From Candidatus Sumerlaeota bacterium (GTDB lineage Bacteria; Sumerlaeota; Sumerlaeia; MWCT01; JAUWMI01), in contig JAUWMI010000004.1 of the NCBI GenBank assembly GCA_030613245.1, positions 32,610-96,609 on the forward strand: a stretch of 64,000 nucleotides of DNA, written 5' to 3'. The translations under genes were made by a program, and so were the position numbers. The notes under the pieces were generated by a model. It searched no databases, was not told the DNA's origin, and worked only from the letters and a program-made list of their open reading frames with translations. Below are positions 36,953 through 47,358 of the stretch, in pieces. Numbering within the stretch: the first letter of the stretch is position 1; each line of letters starts with the position of its first letter.

Positions 36953-38248
36953 ATGAACCTGGCAAGGTTTATATTTAACTCTCGGGGGATCAGTAATCTT
37001 TTGCACCGTTTTTGGAGCTTGTTTTGCCGCTTTGGCTTTACGCCGGCACGCATGGAGAAGCAGTTGCAAAAGATGACGGATATTTGCAAGGCCCACGATA
37101 TTCTGCCAACATTTCCAGCCACTGCTTGCATCTTAAGGCGGTACCCGAAGCCAATTACGAGACTGCAGGCACAGGGTGTGGAGTTTGCTGTGCATGGACT
37201 AGTGCACACGGATTACACGCAACTTCCGTTTGAGAAACAGCGAGAGCATTTTGAGCAAGCGATAGAGATTTTTGAAAAAGCCGGGATTCGCATGTGTGGG
37301 TTTCGCTCGCCTTATTTGCGCAGTAACAACGACACTCATCTAGCGGTTAGCGATTGCAATTTTGTATGGGCAAGTAATTTTGTTATCCATTGGCCAGTGG
37401 TGGAGCAGGGTGAGTTTCCTCCTCAGGCATGGGAGGCCTACCAGAAGGTTCTGGAGCTTTATAGCAGCCAGTCAGCAACACAATATCGCGTCATTCCACA
37501 CCTGCTAGACGGTCATGTGGAAATTCCGGTTTCCGTCCCAGATGACGAAGCCTGCGTGGATCGTCTGGAGCTTAAACGTGACAAGAGGCGCATCGGGCGC
37601 ATCTGGCAATCAATCTTGGAACAAAGCCATGCGCGTGGGGAAATCTTCACAGTGCAGCTCCATCACGAACGCCTGCCATTTTGCGATGAGGCGCTGGACT
37701 ATGTTTTGACAATAGCAGACCAGCTATCGCCGCCGGTTTTCAAGGGACAGCTAGCAACAATTGCTAATTGGTGGAAGCAGCGCAGGAGCTCAATCTTTCA
37801 TCTCGAGGTTGCGAGGGATAGCTACACACTCGAGCTTAAGACGCCCAAGGAAGCAACAATACTCTGCCGGGGCATGGAGGGCTCCAAAGACCACCTATTC
37901 TTTGCCAACTATACTCTGACAAGCAAACGGGTCTTCTCTGGTAGAGGGATTCTACCAGGAGTTGCGCTTAGTAGCCAGTGCCATCCGAGCTGGCGAGATT
38001 TTTTACAGGAAGAAGGATTCCTCACATTGGATCCGATGCACTGCGCTCGAGCTGCGTATGTGGTGGAGGAACCCAATATGCTAACCGAGGAAGGTGCTTT
38101 TAATGTACTTCAGGCAATAGACTCTGCGGATACTCCTATGGTGAGGCTTTGGCGATGGCCGCAAGGCTGCCGGAGCGCCCTATGTGTAAGTGGTGATATT
38201 GATTGTATGACGCTCCAGGATTTCTTATGGCGAATTTGGGAGGTATGA
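36953..38248 (+). CDS. Polysaccharide-deacetylase-like (NodB-related) family protein, putative
   Basis: It has a HGLVHTDY H-x-x-x-H-like motif, but the TFDDG motif is not evident, so the call is tentative. Confidence 0.4.
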   Translation: MNLARFIFNSRGISNLLHRFWSLFCRFGFTPARMEKQLQKMTDICKAHDILPTFPATACILRRYPKPITRLQAQGVEFAVHGLVHTDYTQLPFEKQREHFEQAIEIFEKAGIRMCGFRSPYLRSNNDTHLAVSDCNFVWASNFVIHWPVVEQGEFPPQAWEAYQKVLELYSSQSATQYRVIPHLLDGHVEIPVSVPDDEACVDRLELKRDKRRIGRIWQSILEQSHARGEIFTVQLHHERLPFCDEALDYVLTIADQLSPPVFKGQLATIANWWKQRRSSIFHLEVARDSYTLELKTPKEATILCRGMEGSKDHLFFANYTLTSKRVFSGRGILPGVALSSQCHPSWRDFLQEEGFLTLDPMHCARAAYVVEEPNMLTEEGAFNVLQAIDSADTPMVRLWRWPQGCRSALCVSGDIDCMTLQDFLWRIWEV

Positions 38249-39297
38249 TGGCTGTCTTTTGTACCAATCCATTAAACGATGCGCGCTGGCCAGGATTGCT
38301 GGAGAGACACGCCGACGCTTCTATTTTTCACACCCGCGAATGGCTGGAAGCATTATATCGTACTTACGGCTATGAACCCGTTGTGTATACAACTTCCAGT
38401 CCGGCATCAGATCTGACCGATGCAATTGTGTTTTGCAAAGTAAATAGCTGGTTAACTGGAAAACGTATGGTTTCTTTACCATTTTCAGACCATTGCCAGC
38501 CACTCATAGATTCTGCCGATGCCCTGCATGAAATTCTGGAGAAGTTGCAAAGTGATCAGACTGAACAGCAGCGGAAATACATCGAATTAAGACCGCTGCA
38601 TATGGACGAGGACTGGCTGCTGGAAAATGGATCACTTGCTGAAAGCGACACCTACTTTTTCCACTGCCTGAATCTGAAACCTACGCCTAATGAACTGATG
38701 CAAGGCTTCCATAAAGACTGCATCCAGCGACCAATTCGGCGTGCCCAGCGCGAGAATTTAACATTCAAGGAGGGGACGTCGGACGAGCTACAGTCGGCCT
38801 TCTATCACATGCTGCTTATGACACGCCGCAGACATCAATTGCCGCCTCAGCCGAAACAATGGTTTCGCAACTTGCAACAGTGCCTGGGCGAAAGATCTAA
38901 AATACGTATTGCGTTTAAGACTGATCAACCCATTGCTGCAATTGTAACACTTTCTTATAAGAATAAACACTACTATAAGTATGGATGCTCGGATCCAAGG
39001 CATAAGAACCTGGGAGGCACGGTTGCCCTTCTTTGGCGTGCCATGCAGGAGGCGCGGCAAGACGGAGCCCAAGAATTCGATATGGGGCGCAGCAGCATTG
39101 ACAATACTGGCCTGACTACGTTCAAAGATCGATGGGGGACTATGCGTAGAAGAATGTCATATTTCAGATCAGCTAACGTGTGCACGCATGATACTACCGA
39201 GGGATGGAAAATGAGAGTTGCAAAACAGGTCTTCTCGCACCTCCCGAATCCAATGCTGACTCTTGCAGGTAACTTACTATATAAACATATGGGCTAA
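38245..39297 (+). CDS. FemAB-like/GNAT-fold acyltransferase (resembles the PEP-CTERM-system-associated FemAB family)
   Basis: ATGA overlap with the upstream gene. The N-terminus reads NDARWPGLLERHADASIFHTREWLEALYRTYGYEP. Confidence 0.55.
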   Translation: MMAVFCTNPLNDARWPGLLERHADASIFHTREWLEALYRTYGYEPVVYTTSSPASDLTDAIVFCKVNSWLTGKRMVSLPFSDHCQPLIDSADALHEILEKLQSDQTEQQRKYIELRPLHMDEDWLLENGSLAESDTYFFHCLNLKPTPNELMQGFHKDCIQRPIRRAQRENLTFKEGTSDELQSAFYHMLLMTRRRHQLPPQPKQWFRNLQQCLGERSKIRIAFKTDQPIAAIVTLSYKNKHYYKYGCSDPRHKNLGGTVALLWRAMQEARQDGAQEFDMGRSSIDNTGLTTFKDRWGTMRRRMSYFRSANVCTHDTTEGWKMRVAKQVFSHLPNPMLTLAGNLLYKHMG

Positions 39298-39433
39298 GAG
39301 CCAATAGCCGTTTTTTTTTCTCGAAATAGGAAAGAAACACTTAATATACCGGCGCTTGTACCTATTACATCATAGCCGCAAGTCGTCTCTGACGTAAAGG
39401 TGAACAACATAGAAATACCTGGAAAGTTGTAAT

Positions 39434-40141
39434 ATGTGGATCGAAATAATACTATCAGCTATCGCCATAATGGCCGTCTTATATATTCTCTTCCCATGGG
39501 TAGTAAAACTAATTTTGCGGAAGGAGTTCTTGCGATTGGCAAACAAGAGTTCCGGCGTCTGTCTGACATTTGATGATGGTCCGGATCCTGTGTTCACGCC
39601 CAAGGTACTTGATATTCTTGCAAAGTTTAACGCAAGAGCTACCTTCTTCCCAATCGGCAAGAACGTAGAACGATATCCAGCTCTTATGAAAAGAATCATC
39701 GAGGAAGGACACGAATTGGGCGAACATGGTTACGATCATAAGCATCCATGGCTCACTGGGCCCTATGGTACGTGGATGGACGTATGGAAAGGCGGACGCC
39801 AGCTTGCGGCATATGCCAAGAATGGAGCCGTTAACCTCTTTCGACCTCCTTATGGGAAACTCAATCTTGTCTCAATGCTATATATTTACCGAAAGAAAAA
39901 GACAACCGTGTTTTGGAACCTTGATCCCAAGGATTACAGACTCTCGTCAGAAAATATGCTTATCCCGAACATCCAGAATCACATTACCAATGGAACGGTA
40001 ATATTATTTCATGACGGACGTTGCAATTTGGCGAAGGGCGGGCGTGATGCTACGCTTCGAGCCCTCGCAATGGTTCTTGAGTCAGCGCGCAATAAGGGAT
40101 TAGAGCCTGTTACCATTAAAGAGCTCTACCTAATTAAGTGA
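39434..40141 (+). CDS. Polysaccharide deacetylase (NodB domain)
   Basis: N-terminal TM anchor. LTFDDGPDP, ATFFPIG and HELGEHGYDH are the canonical NodB motifs 1-3. Confidence 0.85.
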   Translation: MWIEIILSAIAIMAVLYILFPWVVKLILRKEFLRLANKSSGVCLTFDDGPDPVFTPKVLDILAKFNARATFFPIGKNVERYPALMKRIIEEGHELGEHGYDHKHPWLTGPYGTWMDVWKGGRQLAAYAKNGAVNLFRPPYGKLNLVSMLYIYRKKKTTVFWNLDPKDYRLSSENMLIPNIQNHITNGTVILFHDGRCNLAKGGRDATLRALAMVLESARNKGLEPVTIKELYLIK

Positions 40142-40191
40142 AAAATCGACACCGCGGCTACTTGAAAAGAGAATATTAAAATCAGCCGTAT

Positions 40192-40689
40192 GTGCCAGAG
40201 GATTATATGAAAAACATTGCTTCTGACGTTAAGCTTGGGAAAAATGTTAAGATTTATGACTTCGTGAATCTTTATGGCTGCGAGATTGGCGATAACACGA
40301 AGATCGGAACCTTTGTAGAGATTCAGAAAGGAAGCAAGATAGGCAAGAATTGCAAGATTTCGAGTCATTCATTTATTTGCGAAGGGGTAACTATTGAGGA
40401 CAATGTATTTATTGGCCATAATGTAACGTTCATTAACGATGCGTATCCCCATGCAACAAAAGAAGATGGCACATTGCAGACAGATGAAGACTGGGTCTGC
40501 GTGCCAACCCTGGTAAGAAAGGGGGCCTCAATCGGTTCGAGTACCACTTTACTCTGCGGAATCACAATTGGTGAGAAGGCTGTTGTAGGTGCAGGAAGTG
40601 TTGTGACAAAAGACGTTCCACCGTTAACAATCGTCGCAGGCAATCCAGCTCGAATTCTGCGCAAAATCAACGAGGAGAAAAAGCAATGA
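40192..40689 (+). CDS. Left-handed beta-helix (hexapeptide-repeat) sugar N-acetyltransferase
   Basis: Repeated [LIV]G.N..I hexapeptides throughout; WbpD/PglD-like. Confidence 0.8.
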   Translation: MPEDYMKNIASDVKLGKNVKIYDFVNLYGCEIGDNTKIGTFVEIQKGSKIGKNCKISSHSFICEGVTIEDNVFIGHNVTFINDAYPHATKEDGTLQTDEDWVCVPTLVRKGASIGSSTTLLCGITIGEKAVVGAGSVVTKDVPPLTIVAGNPARILRKINEEKKQ

Positions 40690-41789
40690 CCGTTCCATTT
40701 CTGGACTTGAAAGCACAATATGTTTCAATCCGAGATGAGATACACGAAGCACTAACACGGGTTATGGATAACACGGCGTTTGCAGGCGGTCCGGCTGTTG
40801 CAGGATTTGAAAAAGAGTTTGCTTCATTTTGCGGCTGTGAGTTTGCCGTGGGTGTGGGCAGTGGCACAGAAGCCCTTTGGCTAAGCCTTCTTGCTCTTGA
40901 AATTGGTTCCGGGGATGAAGTGATCACTGTCCCGAATTCGTTCATTGCCACAGCAGAAGCTATTAGTTTCACTGGCGCTAGGCCCGTTTTCGTAGATGTT
41001 GATGAGCAAACCTACAATATGAATCCTGATTTGCTCGAAGCTGTGATTACGAAAAAGACAAAGGCCATTATTCCTGTTCATCTATTTGGTCACACTGCCG
41101 ATATGGACGCAATCCTGGCAATCGCAAAGAAAAAGGGACTTTATGTCGTAGAAGATGCGGCCCAGGCTCATGGGGCTCAATACAAAGGACAGCCTGCGGG
41201 CTCACTGGGCATCGCGGGATGTTTTAGCTTCTACCCGGGCAAGAACCTGGGTGCATACGGTGAGGCAGGCGCTGTAGTTACAAACGATGCGTCTCTTGCA
41301 GAGAAAATTCAGATGCTGCGCGATCACGGCCAAAAAAAGAAGCATGAACACGCGTGGATCGGGTGGAATTCGCGCATGGACGGTTTCCAGGGTGCCATTC
41401 TGAGTGTAAAATTGAAATATCTATCCGAGTGGAACGAGGCACGGCGTAGGTGTGCACGGCGCTATAATGAGCTGCTTGAGAATTCGAGCATTGTCACTCC
41501 CACTGAAGCAGACTATGCCAGGCATGTTTATCACATCTACGCAATTTGCACAAGGAATCGTGACAATTTGAAAAACTCCCTGGCTCAAAAAGGTGTGCAC
41601 TGTGGAATTCACTATCCGATTCCAATTCATCTGCAGCCAGCGTACGCATTTCTTGGCTATAAAAAGGGCTCGTTTCCAGTGACTGAAAAGTGCGTTCAGG
41701 AACTCCTCTCCTTGCCTATGTATCCGGAATTAAGCGCCGAGCAAATTGAAACTGTGACTACGGCAATTTTGGCCGAAGTCCACAATTAG
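40686..41789 (+). CDS. DegT/DnrJ/EryC1/StrS family PLP-dependent sugar aminotransferase
   Basis: The N-terminus is MTVPFLDLKAQY. The PLP-lysine region is FSFYPGKNLGAYGEAG. Confidence 0.9.
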   Translation: MTVPFLDLKAQYVSIRDEIHEALTRVMDNTAFAGGPAVAGFEKEFASFCGCEFAVGVGSGTEALWLSLLALEIGSGDEVITVPNSFIATAEAISFTGARPVFVDVDEQTYNMNPDLLEAVITKKTKAIIPVHLFGHTADMDAILAIAKKKGLYVVEDAAQAHGAQYKGQPAGSLGIAGCFSFYPGKNLGAYGEAGAVVTNDASLAEKIQMLRDHGQKKKHEHAWIGWNSRMDGFQGAILSVKLKYLSEWNEARRRCARRYNELLENSSIVTPTEADYARHVYHIYAICTRNRDNLKNSLAQKGVHCGIHYPIPIHLQPAYAFLGYKKGSFPVTEKCVQELLSLPMYPELSAEQIETVTTAILAEVHN

Positions 41790-41815
41790 GTAAATTTAAC
41801 ACATGGAAAAGTCCT

Positions 41816-43030
41816 ATGAATAATAAAACGGCAATAGTTATTCCCTGTCTCATCCCAGGACTGGCAGTTATTCGGAGCCTTGGCCGGAAGGGTGTCCCTA
41901 TTATAGCCCTGCACCATCAGAACAGTGAGATGGCGCAGGTGTCAAAATACGTCCGGGAGAGAATTTGCGTGCCGGACCTACAAACCTCAGAAGACGCATT
42001 CATCTCTTTTCTTCTTGACAAAGGAAAGGATTGGAAGGGAAGTCTGCTATTTCCCTGCGGTGAGTTTGAGCTCGTTGCTATTTCCAAGCATAAGCATGAA
42101 TTGCAATCGGCATATGTTGTGGCTGCTCCCGATTGGGATCTCGTCGAAAAAGTAATAGTAAAGAAACACACCTACCAGATTGCAGAGAAACTGGGAATAC
42201 CATCTCCTAAGACGATGGTCCCTAATTCAATAGATGATATTGAAAGATTTAAAAATGACATAGACTACCCTTGCCTGGTCAAGCCATGCGAAGCCCACAA
42301 GTTCTACGAAGTCTTCGGATGCAAGATGTTTGAAGTTAAAAATGAGGACCAGTTATATACATCCTTCAACAGAGCATCAGACGCGGGATTGGAAGTAATG
42401 ATTCAAGAACTGATCCCGGGCGACGATACATGTGGTGTAAATTACAACTCATACTTCTGGGAGGGCTCACCTGTAGCAGAATTCACTGCGGAAAAAGTCA
42501 GGATTCATCCGCCCAAGTTTGGATCCCCGAGAGTGCTTCTGAGCAAGTGGATTCCGGAAATCATTGAGCCCGGCAGAACTTTGCTTAAAGAGCTAGGTCT
42601 TTCTGGCTTCTCATGCACAGAATTTAAGCGTGATATTCGCGACGGTGTTTACAAATTTATGGAAGTAAATGCCAGAACTAACCTTTCCGGCTCTCTGGCA
42701 GTAAAATGCGGCATAAATTTCCCATGGATCATATACCGACACTTAATGTACAACGAAATCCCACCTTTTGGTGAGCAGAAAATGGGAATATATTGGATGG
42801 ATATTGTAAAAGATGTGACGCACTTAATTATGTCACGCAATATAGAGCATTTTACAATGAGGCAGTACGTAAAGCCTTATTTGAAGAAGAAGATTTATGC
42901 TATTTTTTCCTGGAAAGATCCGATGCCTTTTATTGTGTTGATGCGGTACATCGTAACCAAGGCATTTACAAAAGTCCGAGAGGGCTTGCGCAGACATTGC
43001 AAATATTTGAATCCCAGAAAGAGTAAATAG
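41816..43030 (+). CDS. ATP-grasp domain protein (carboxylate-amine ligase-like)
   Basis: ATP-grasp core EVMIQELIPGD...FMEVNAR. Confidence 0.7.
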   Translation: MNNKTAIVIPCLIPGLAVIRSLGRKGVPIIALHHQNSEMAQVSKYVRERICVPDLQTSEDAFISFLLDKGKDWKGSLLFPCGEFELVAISKHKHELQSAYVVAAPDWDLVEKVIVKKHTYQIAEKLGIPSPKTMVPNSIDDIERFKNDIDYPCLVKPCEAHKFYEVFGCKMFEVKNEDQLYTSFNRASDAGLEVMIQELIPGDDTCGVNYNSYFWEGSPVAEFTAEKVRIHPPKFGSPRVLLSKWIPEIIEPGRTLLKELGLSGFSCTEFKRDIRDGVYKFMEVNARTNLSGSLAVKCGINFPWIIYRHLMYNEIPPFGEQKMGIYWMDIVKDVTHLIMSRNIEHFTMRQYVKPYLKKKIYAIFSWKDPMPFIVLMRYIVTKAFTKVREGLRRHCKYLNPRKSK

Positions 43031-43044
43031 TCCGGTAACCCGCC

Positions 43045-43920
43045 ATGTGGCAACGAATGAGTATAGATGAATACGCTGAGTTCAACAGGGGGATGGGAGT
43101 AAAAGTACGTCAAGAAAATGGGGTCTGGTGGCAACAACAGCATCCTTTCTTCTATCGCCCAGTTTTCCCTTTCTTGCAATTGACCTCCAGAGATGTAGGT
43201 GAACATCCGCGATGCCTGGGTGCAGTGCAACATGCAGTGCCTCAGGGAGAGCCCTGCAATTCTCATATGAATTTCATCGTTTATGAACAGCCGGGCTCGT
43301 ATAAACTTAGTACATTGCCAAAGGTTAACAAAAAAAGAATCTTGAAGACGCATAAACATCTGACGATACGTCCCATACTTGATCAGAAGGAGTTTATTGC
43401 TCAAGGATATCCTGTATACCTGTCTTTCTATAAACGGACGCGTTACTCTTACAAGAGCGATCGAAGAAACCCAAAGATATTCGCCGAGTGGACTCGTACC
43501 CTGTTCCGCTTCCCTAAGGTTGTGGTTTTGGGGGCGTATTCCCAGCATAAATTGCTGCAAATTGACATCAGCTGCTTGGTAGAAGATACCTTGTTTCAGC
43601 TAAGCACCATCAATTCCAACGAAGCACTGGAATTGCAAATCTCAGATCTGGTGCTCCACATAGAAAGAGAGCTTGCTGCAAAGCATGGAGAAATCAAACA
43701 CATATTTTCTGGATCGCTCGCACAGAAGGAGAGTTTAAACAAGTTCAAGATCCAGCGAGGGGCGTGTGTTCTTATTATGCCTGCTTATCTACATTGTCAT
43801 CGTGCGCTCCTTTCTTTGATCAAATTTACCCGAAAAAATCTGTACGATCGACTGATAGGGTTGGATAAAACACAGGTCCAAAACAAAATGAAAACGGCAG
43901 TCTGCACAGAATTGGTGTGA
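43045..43920 (+). CDS. Hypothetical protein (possibly FemAB/GNAT-like acyltransferase); its N-terminus is duplicated at 44753-45043
   Basis: 291 aa. No firm motif; there is weak resemblance to the FemAB fold. Confidence 0.4.
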   Translation: MWQRMSIDEYAEFNRGMGVKVRQENGVWWQQQHPFFYRPVFPFLQLTSRDVGEHPRCLGAVQHAVPQGEPCNSHMNFIVYEQPGSYKLSTLPKVNKKRILKTHKHLTIRPILDQKEFIAQGYPVYLSFYKRTRYSYKSDRRNPKIFAEWTRTLFRFPKVVVLGAYSQHKLLQIDISCLVEDTLFQLSTINSNEALELQISDLVLHIERELAAKHGEIKHIFSGSLAQKESLNKFKIQRGACVLIMPAYLHCHRALLSLIKFTRKNLYDRLIGLDKTQVQNKMKTAVCTELV

Positions 43921-43943
43921 TTTTTGCATCCCGGTAAAGGAAC

Positions 43944-44750
43944 ATGATGCGCGTACAAAGCTCAAAAGAAAGATCCGTTATAGATTGGCCAAACAAACCT
44001 ATTATTTCACCGGAGGACTTCGTTAAAGCCGAGTATTCCAATCCTGAGTTTGTCCGGAAATACATGACTGTCGGCTTATGGCGATCAGAGGAAGTCTTGA
44101 TGGAGCGCTACTTTGAGCCGAAGAGTTCTGTGCTTGATTTAGGATGTGGGGCAGGCCGAGCAACCATTGCCATGGCACAAAAAGGATTTAAGGTTACTGG
44201 GATTGACCTGATTCCGGAAATGATTGAGGCCGCGAAAAGTCAGGCGGCTATAAACGGTCTTCAACTTGATTTCAGGGTGATGGATGCACGAAATCTATCT
44301 TTTCCCCATGAGTCCTATCAGAATGTCCTTTTTTCATTCAATGGATTTGACCAAATACCAGGAAAAGCCAGCCGTAGGCAATTACTCGAGGACGTCCACC
44401 GCATACTCAAACCAGGCGGATGCTTCATTCTTTCCTGCAGATCTGGGCTGGCATTTGGTAAAAGATGGGCCACGTGGATCTGGCTTGCCCTGGAGTTCCT
44501 TGTGCGAAAAGTTAGCGGTCGCATTAAACCAGGTTGGGAGTGGGGGGACAAGATTCGCAAGGGCTGGTATCACCATTATTCCACACCATTTAGCATCCGG
44601 AAGGCTCTTCAACAGGTCGGATTAGAGCTAGTCTATTTTAATTCCAGCCGTAATATCGAAAAAGGCAAGCGACCCACTTTCCTGACTAACTTCTCTCCGG
44701 ACAAGAGTCTTTTCTTTGTCGTTAGAAAATCAGCGGATAGCAAGAAATAA
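43944..44750 (+). CDS. Class I SAM-dependent methyltransferase
   Basis: Motif I is VLDLGCGAGR and the post-I acidic residue is GIDL. Confidence 0.8.
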   Translation: MMRVQSSKERSVIDWPNKPIISPEDFVKAEYSNPEFVRKYMTVGLWRSEEVLMERYFEPKSSVLDLGCGAGRATIAMAQKGFKVTGIDLIPEMIEAAKSQAAINGLQLDFRVMDARNLSFPHESYQNVLFSFNGFDQIPGKASRRQLLEDVHRILKPGGCFILSCRSGLAFGKRWATWIWLALEFLVRKVSGRIKPGWEWGDKIRKGWYHHYSTPFSIRKALQQVGLELVYFNSSRNIEKGKRPTFLTNFSPDKSLFFVVRKSADSKK

Positions 44751-44752
44751 CT

Positions 44753-45043
44753 ATGAGAACACTGACTCAGAAGCTTTCTGGAGACACTGCAATAGACCCA
44801 ATTTCCCTGTGGGAGCGCATGAGCATAGATGAGTACGCCGAGTTTGAAATGGTGATGCGCGTAAAGCTTCAGAAGAAAGGGGGAGTTTGGTGGCATCAAA
44901 TACGCCCATATTTCTACAGGCCCCTGTTTCCCTTTGTAGAATTGTCCCCCAACCAAACGAAAGGACTCTTTGGCAAGTTTGCAGCCTTTCAACATCCTGT
45001 GTCCCCGGTACATCAGCACAATTCTTACATAAATTTTCAGTAA
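44753..45043 (+). pseudogene. Truncated duplicate of the N-terminal ~85 aa of the 43045-43920 protein
   Basis: Compare WERMSIDEYAEF..GVWWHQIRPYFYRPLFPF with WQRMSIDEYAEF..GVWWQQQHPFFYRPVFPF. It ends after 96 codons. Confidence 0.5.
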
Positions 45044-45500
45044 AGTTCGAAAGAATCTCTTTAAGCGGTTGAAAGGAATGGATGAAAGGCAGATCCAGAG
45101 CCTAATCAAGAGGACACGTCCTGGTAACAAATAACCACCCGCTGGCTGAGACACAATTATAAGCAAGAGTCAAATCGCAGAATAAATGAGATTTTCAGAT
45201 TGACTATGCAAATGCTCCTCTTCGCCCATGCATCTGATCGCGGCAGAATATTCTAATCCGTTTCGTGAAAAAGGAACATCTGGAGACTCACGCAAGTAAA
45301 CTTGCATCAGAGGAATCTAAAAGTTTCCTAGCCTATCTTTATGAGTTGCAACAGAAGTTATTTTTCGATCATGAGCTCTTCCAAATTGTCAAAAAAGGAA
45401 AGGGCGTGTTTAGCTTAACTAAGAGCGTCTGTTCAAGCTCCGCTTTGAGAAACTATAGTACATAGATTGATCGCGTTTTTGGCAAGCAGGTGTTTAAACT

Positions 45501-47132
45501 ATGTCAATAGGAAATGTCGGCAAGAAAATAGGGGAACAGGTTTATATAACCGGCGAAACAATAGGGATCCATAAAGCAGACAATAAAGGGCGACAAATAT
45601 GGTGGTTTGGGAGTGACCCATCCGAGGGTATTCCATCCCCTGGAGCATTCATAAAAGACCTTCAAGCCAAACGTCTCCGCAAAATAGCTCCGCCCTGGGC
45701 AGCGGTTACTGTTGGAAAGAAAGATGAAGGCGTTTGGGCCTGCACAGACGCCATAGGGTTGCAACACCTATTCCTTAGAAAAGTTGGCAAAGATACTATT
45801 GTTGGACCAGATGTTTTTAAACTCGCTGCGCATGCACCAGTGTATATTGACTCCATAGGTGCGTATGAACTCTTTTGCATGGGAAATCCCCAAGGCGGGA
45901 GAACTCTGTTTTCAGACGTACGCCTAATACCTCCAGCCACCCAGATTCGGCTCGACACTCCTTACACAGTGGATACATACTGGTCCTTACCTCAGCCATC
46001 CCCAGGTCATCCGGAGCATGCCATTAAAACATTCATTGATGCATTGATAAAGGCAGTTACCAGGAGCTGGCGACCCGGCTGTGCACTGGAGCTTACGGGT
46101 GGGCGAGATAGTATGCTAAATTTGCTTGCTTACTTAAAAGCAGGTATTCCTGTAAAAACTTGGACACATGGGTTAAAAGGGAATTTTGATATGGTTGCAG
46201 CACGTGCCCGCGCAAAAAGCCTGGGGGTCCCTCACCAGCCCATCTTCACGGAACGTTTAGAGAAACTAAGTCCTTTTGAGGCGGGGAACTTGGCAATTAA
46301 CTTTTTGAATGCCTCGGGAGGACAAGCGAATATCCTTGAATACTGGCACCTACGTTGGATACTTCAGCAGCTTAAGGCTACCGGCTCAATTAGCGGTGTA
46401 GGAGGCGAAGTATTCCGCGGTTTCTACTATGAATGGACCGGTCGAGGAGTGCTTCCTAAATATATCACCGAGCTAATGCTTCTTCGTGGAAAAGCCAGAC
46501 ACAGTATGCCTTTTCCTGCTTCCTTTCTCGATAAAAGATTCATACAGTTAGGGGAACCAGCAGTACATGATGAGTTAAGGCAGCTTCTAGAATATAGAAA
46601 GACTTCGTGCCATAGCCTGGATGCTTACTACTTGGCCAAGCGTATGCATCATTTCTGTGGCACCACGTGGTCGGCTACAGGCCGCTGGCGCCCAGTACGA
46701 GCGCCTCTTTTCGATCCAGACGTTATCGATTGTCTGTCGCTAGTGCCAATTGAATTCCGCTTCCATTCACGCCTAGTGGATGAAGTCACTCGGCGTCTGT
46801 TGGGGGATCTACCGTCAGTTAGCCTGCCGAAGTTACAAAAGACAAGACGAATTGTGCGCTTGTATAGAAAGGTAAGGAACGCTCGGGGAGCTGTTTTTAG
46901 AAATTTCCAGAATGTTACTGCTCGTCTTGTTTTGAATTCGCCCCAGGCACTCGTTGCGCTTGCACTAGATGACATGCGCACAGGCTGTCTTTACAATAGA
47001 TCTGTTCTTAAGCGACATATTGCAAAAACAACAGTGGGAAGGCAAGCGGTTAGCATGCCATTGGGTGCTTTGCTAACCATCGAGCTCGCAGCCCGGGCCG
47101 TTGGAGACGCATTTAGAGGAATAGACATATGA
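45501..47132 (+). CDS. Asparagine-synthetase-B-like (PP-loop ATP pyrophosphatase) amidotransferase, lacking the N-terminal Cys nucleophile
   Basis: PP-loop is LTGGRDSM. There is no Cys2, so glutaminase activity is doubtful. Confidence 0.65.
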   Translation: MSIGNVGKKIGEQVYITGETIGIHKADNKGRQIWWFGSDPSEGIPSPGAFIKDLQAKRLRKIAPPWAAVTVGKKDEGVWACTDAIGLQHLFLRKVGKDTIVGPDVFKLAAHAPVYIDSIGAYELFCMGNPQGGRTLFSDVRLIPPATQIRLDTPYTVDTYWSLPQPSPGHPEHAIKTFIDALIKAVTRSWRPGCALELTGGRDSMLNLLAYLKAGIPVKTWTHGLKGNFDMVAARARAKSLGVPHQPIFTERLEKLSPFEAGNLAINFLNASGGQANILEYWHLRWILQQLKATGSISGVGGEVFRGFYYEWTGRGVLPKYITELMLLRGKARHSMPFPASFLDKRFIQLGEPAVHDELRQLLEYRKTSCHSLDAYYLAKRMHHFCGTTWSATGRWRPVRAPLFDPDVIDCLSLVPIEFRFHSRLVDEVTRRLLGDLPSVSLPKLQKTRRIVRLYRKVRNARGAVFRNFQNVTARLVLNSPQALVALALDDMRTGCLYNRSVLKRHIAKTTVGRQAVSMPLGALLTIELAARAVGDAFRGIDI

Positions 47133-47224
47133 ATGGTTATGAATTTTCCTATAGCAACGTTGCGTCATCGGGGAATAATCTATAATCTTTAGGCAGGAAC
47201 CCTCTATAGTCTTACTTACGTACA

Positions 47225-47255
47225 ACCAATAAAATGCCCGGTCGAGACCGGGCAT
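47225..47255 (-). terminator. Rho-independent terminator downstream of the beta-helix protein gene, in the convergent intergenic gap
   Basis: Perfect 8-bp stem ATGCCCGG/CCGGGCAT with a 6-nt loop, followed on the minus strand by TTTTATTGG. Confidence 0.45.
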
Positions 47256-47358
47256 CGGGTAATTTCAATTCATATGCCATCTATGTCCCAATCAGGCGCC
47301 TCCTGAGGTCTTTCCACACCTTCGAGAACAAGAACAACAATTCTATCCGGTAAATCAA

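Noticed and set aside
45265-47132. A small ORF (66 aa, GTG start) followed by an Asn-synthetase homolog resembled a lasso-peptide precursor + cyclase pair.
   Set aside because: No transglutaminase-like B protease or RRE is nearby. The small ORF has a weak start and no Thr/Gly leader features. The context is clearly sugar biosynthesis.
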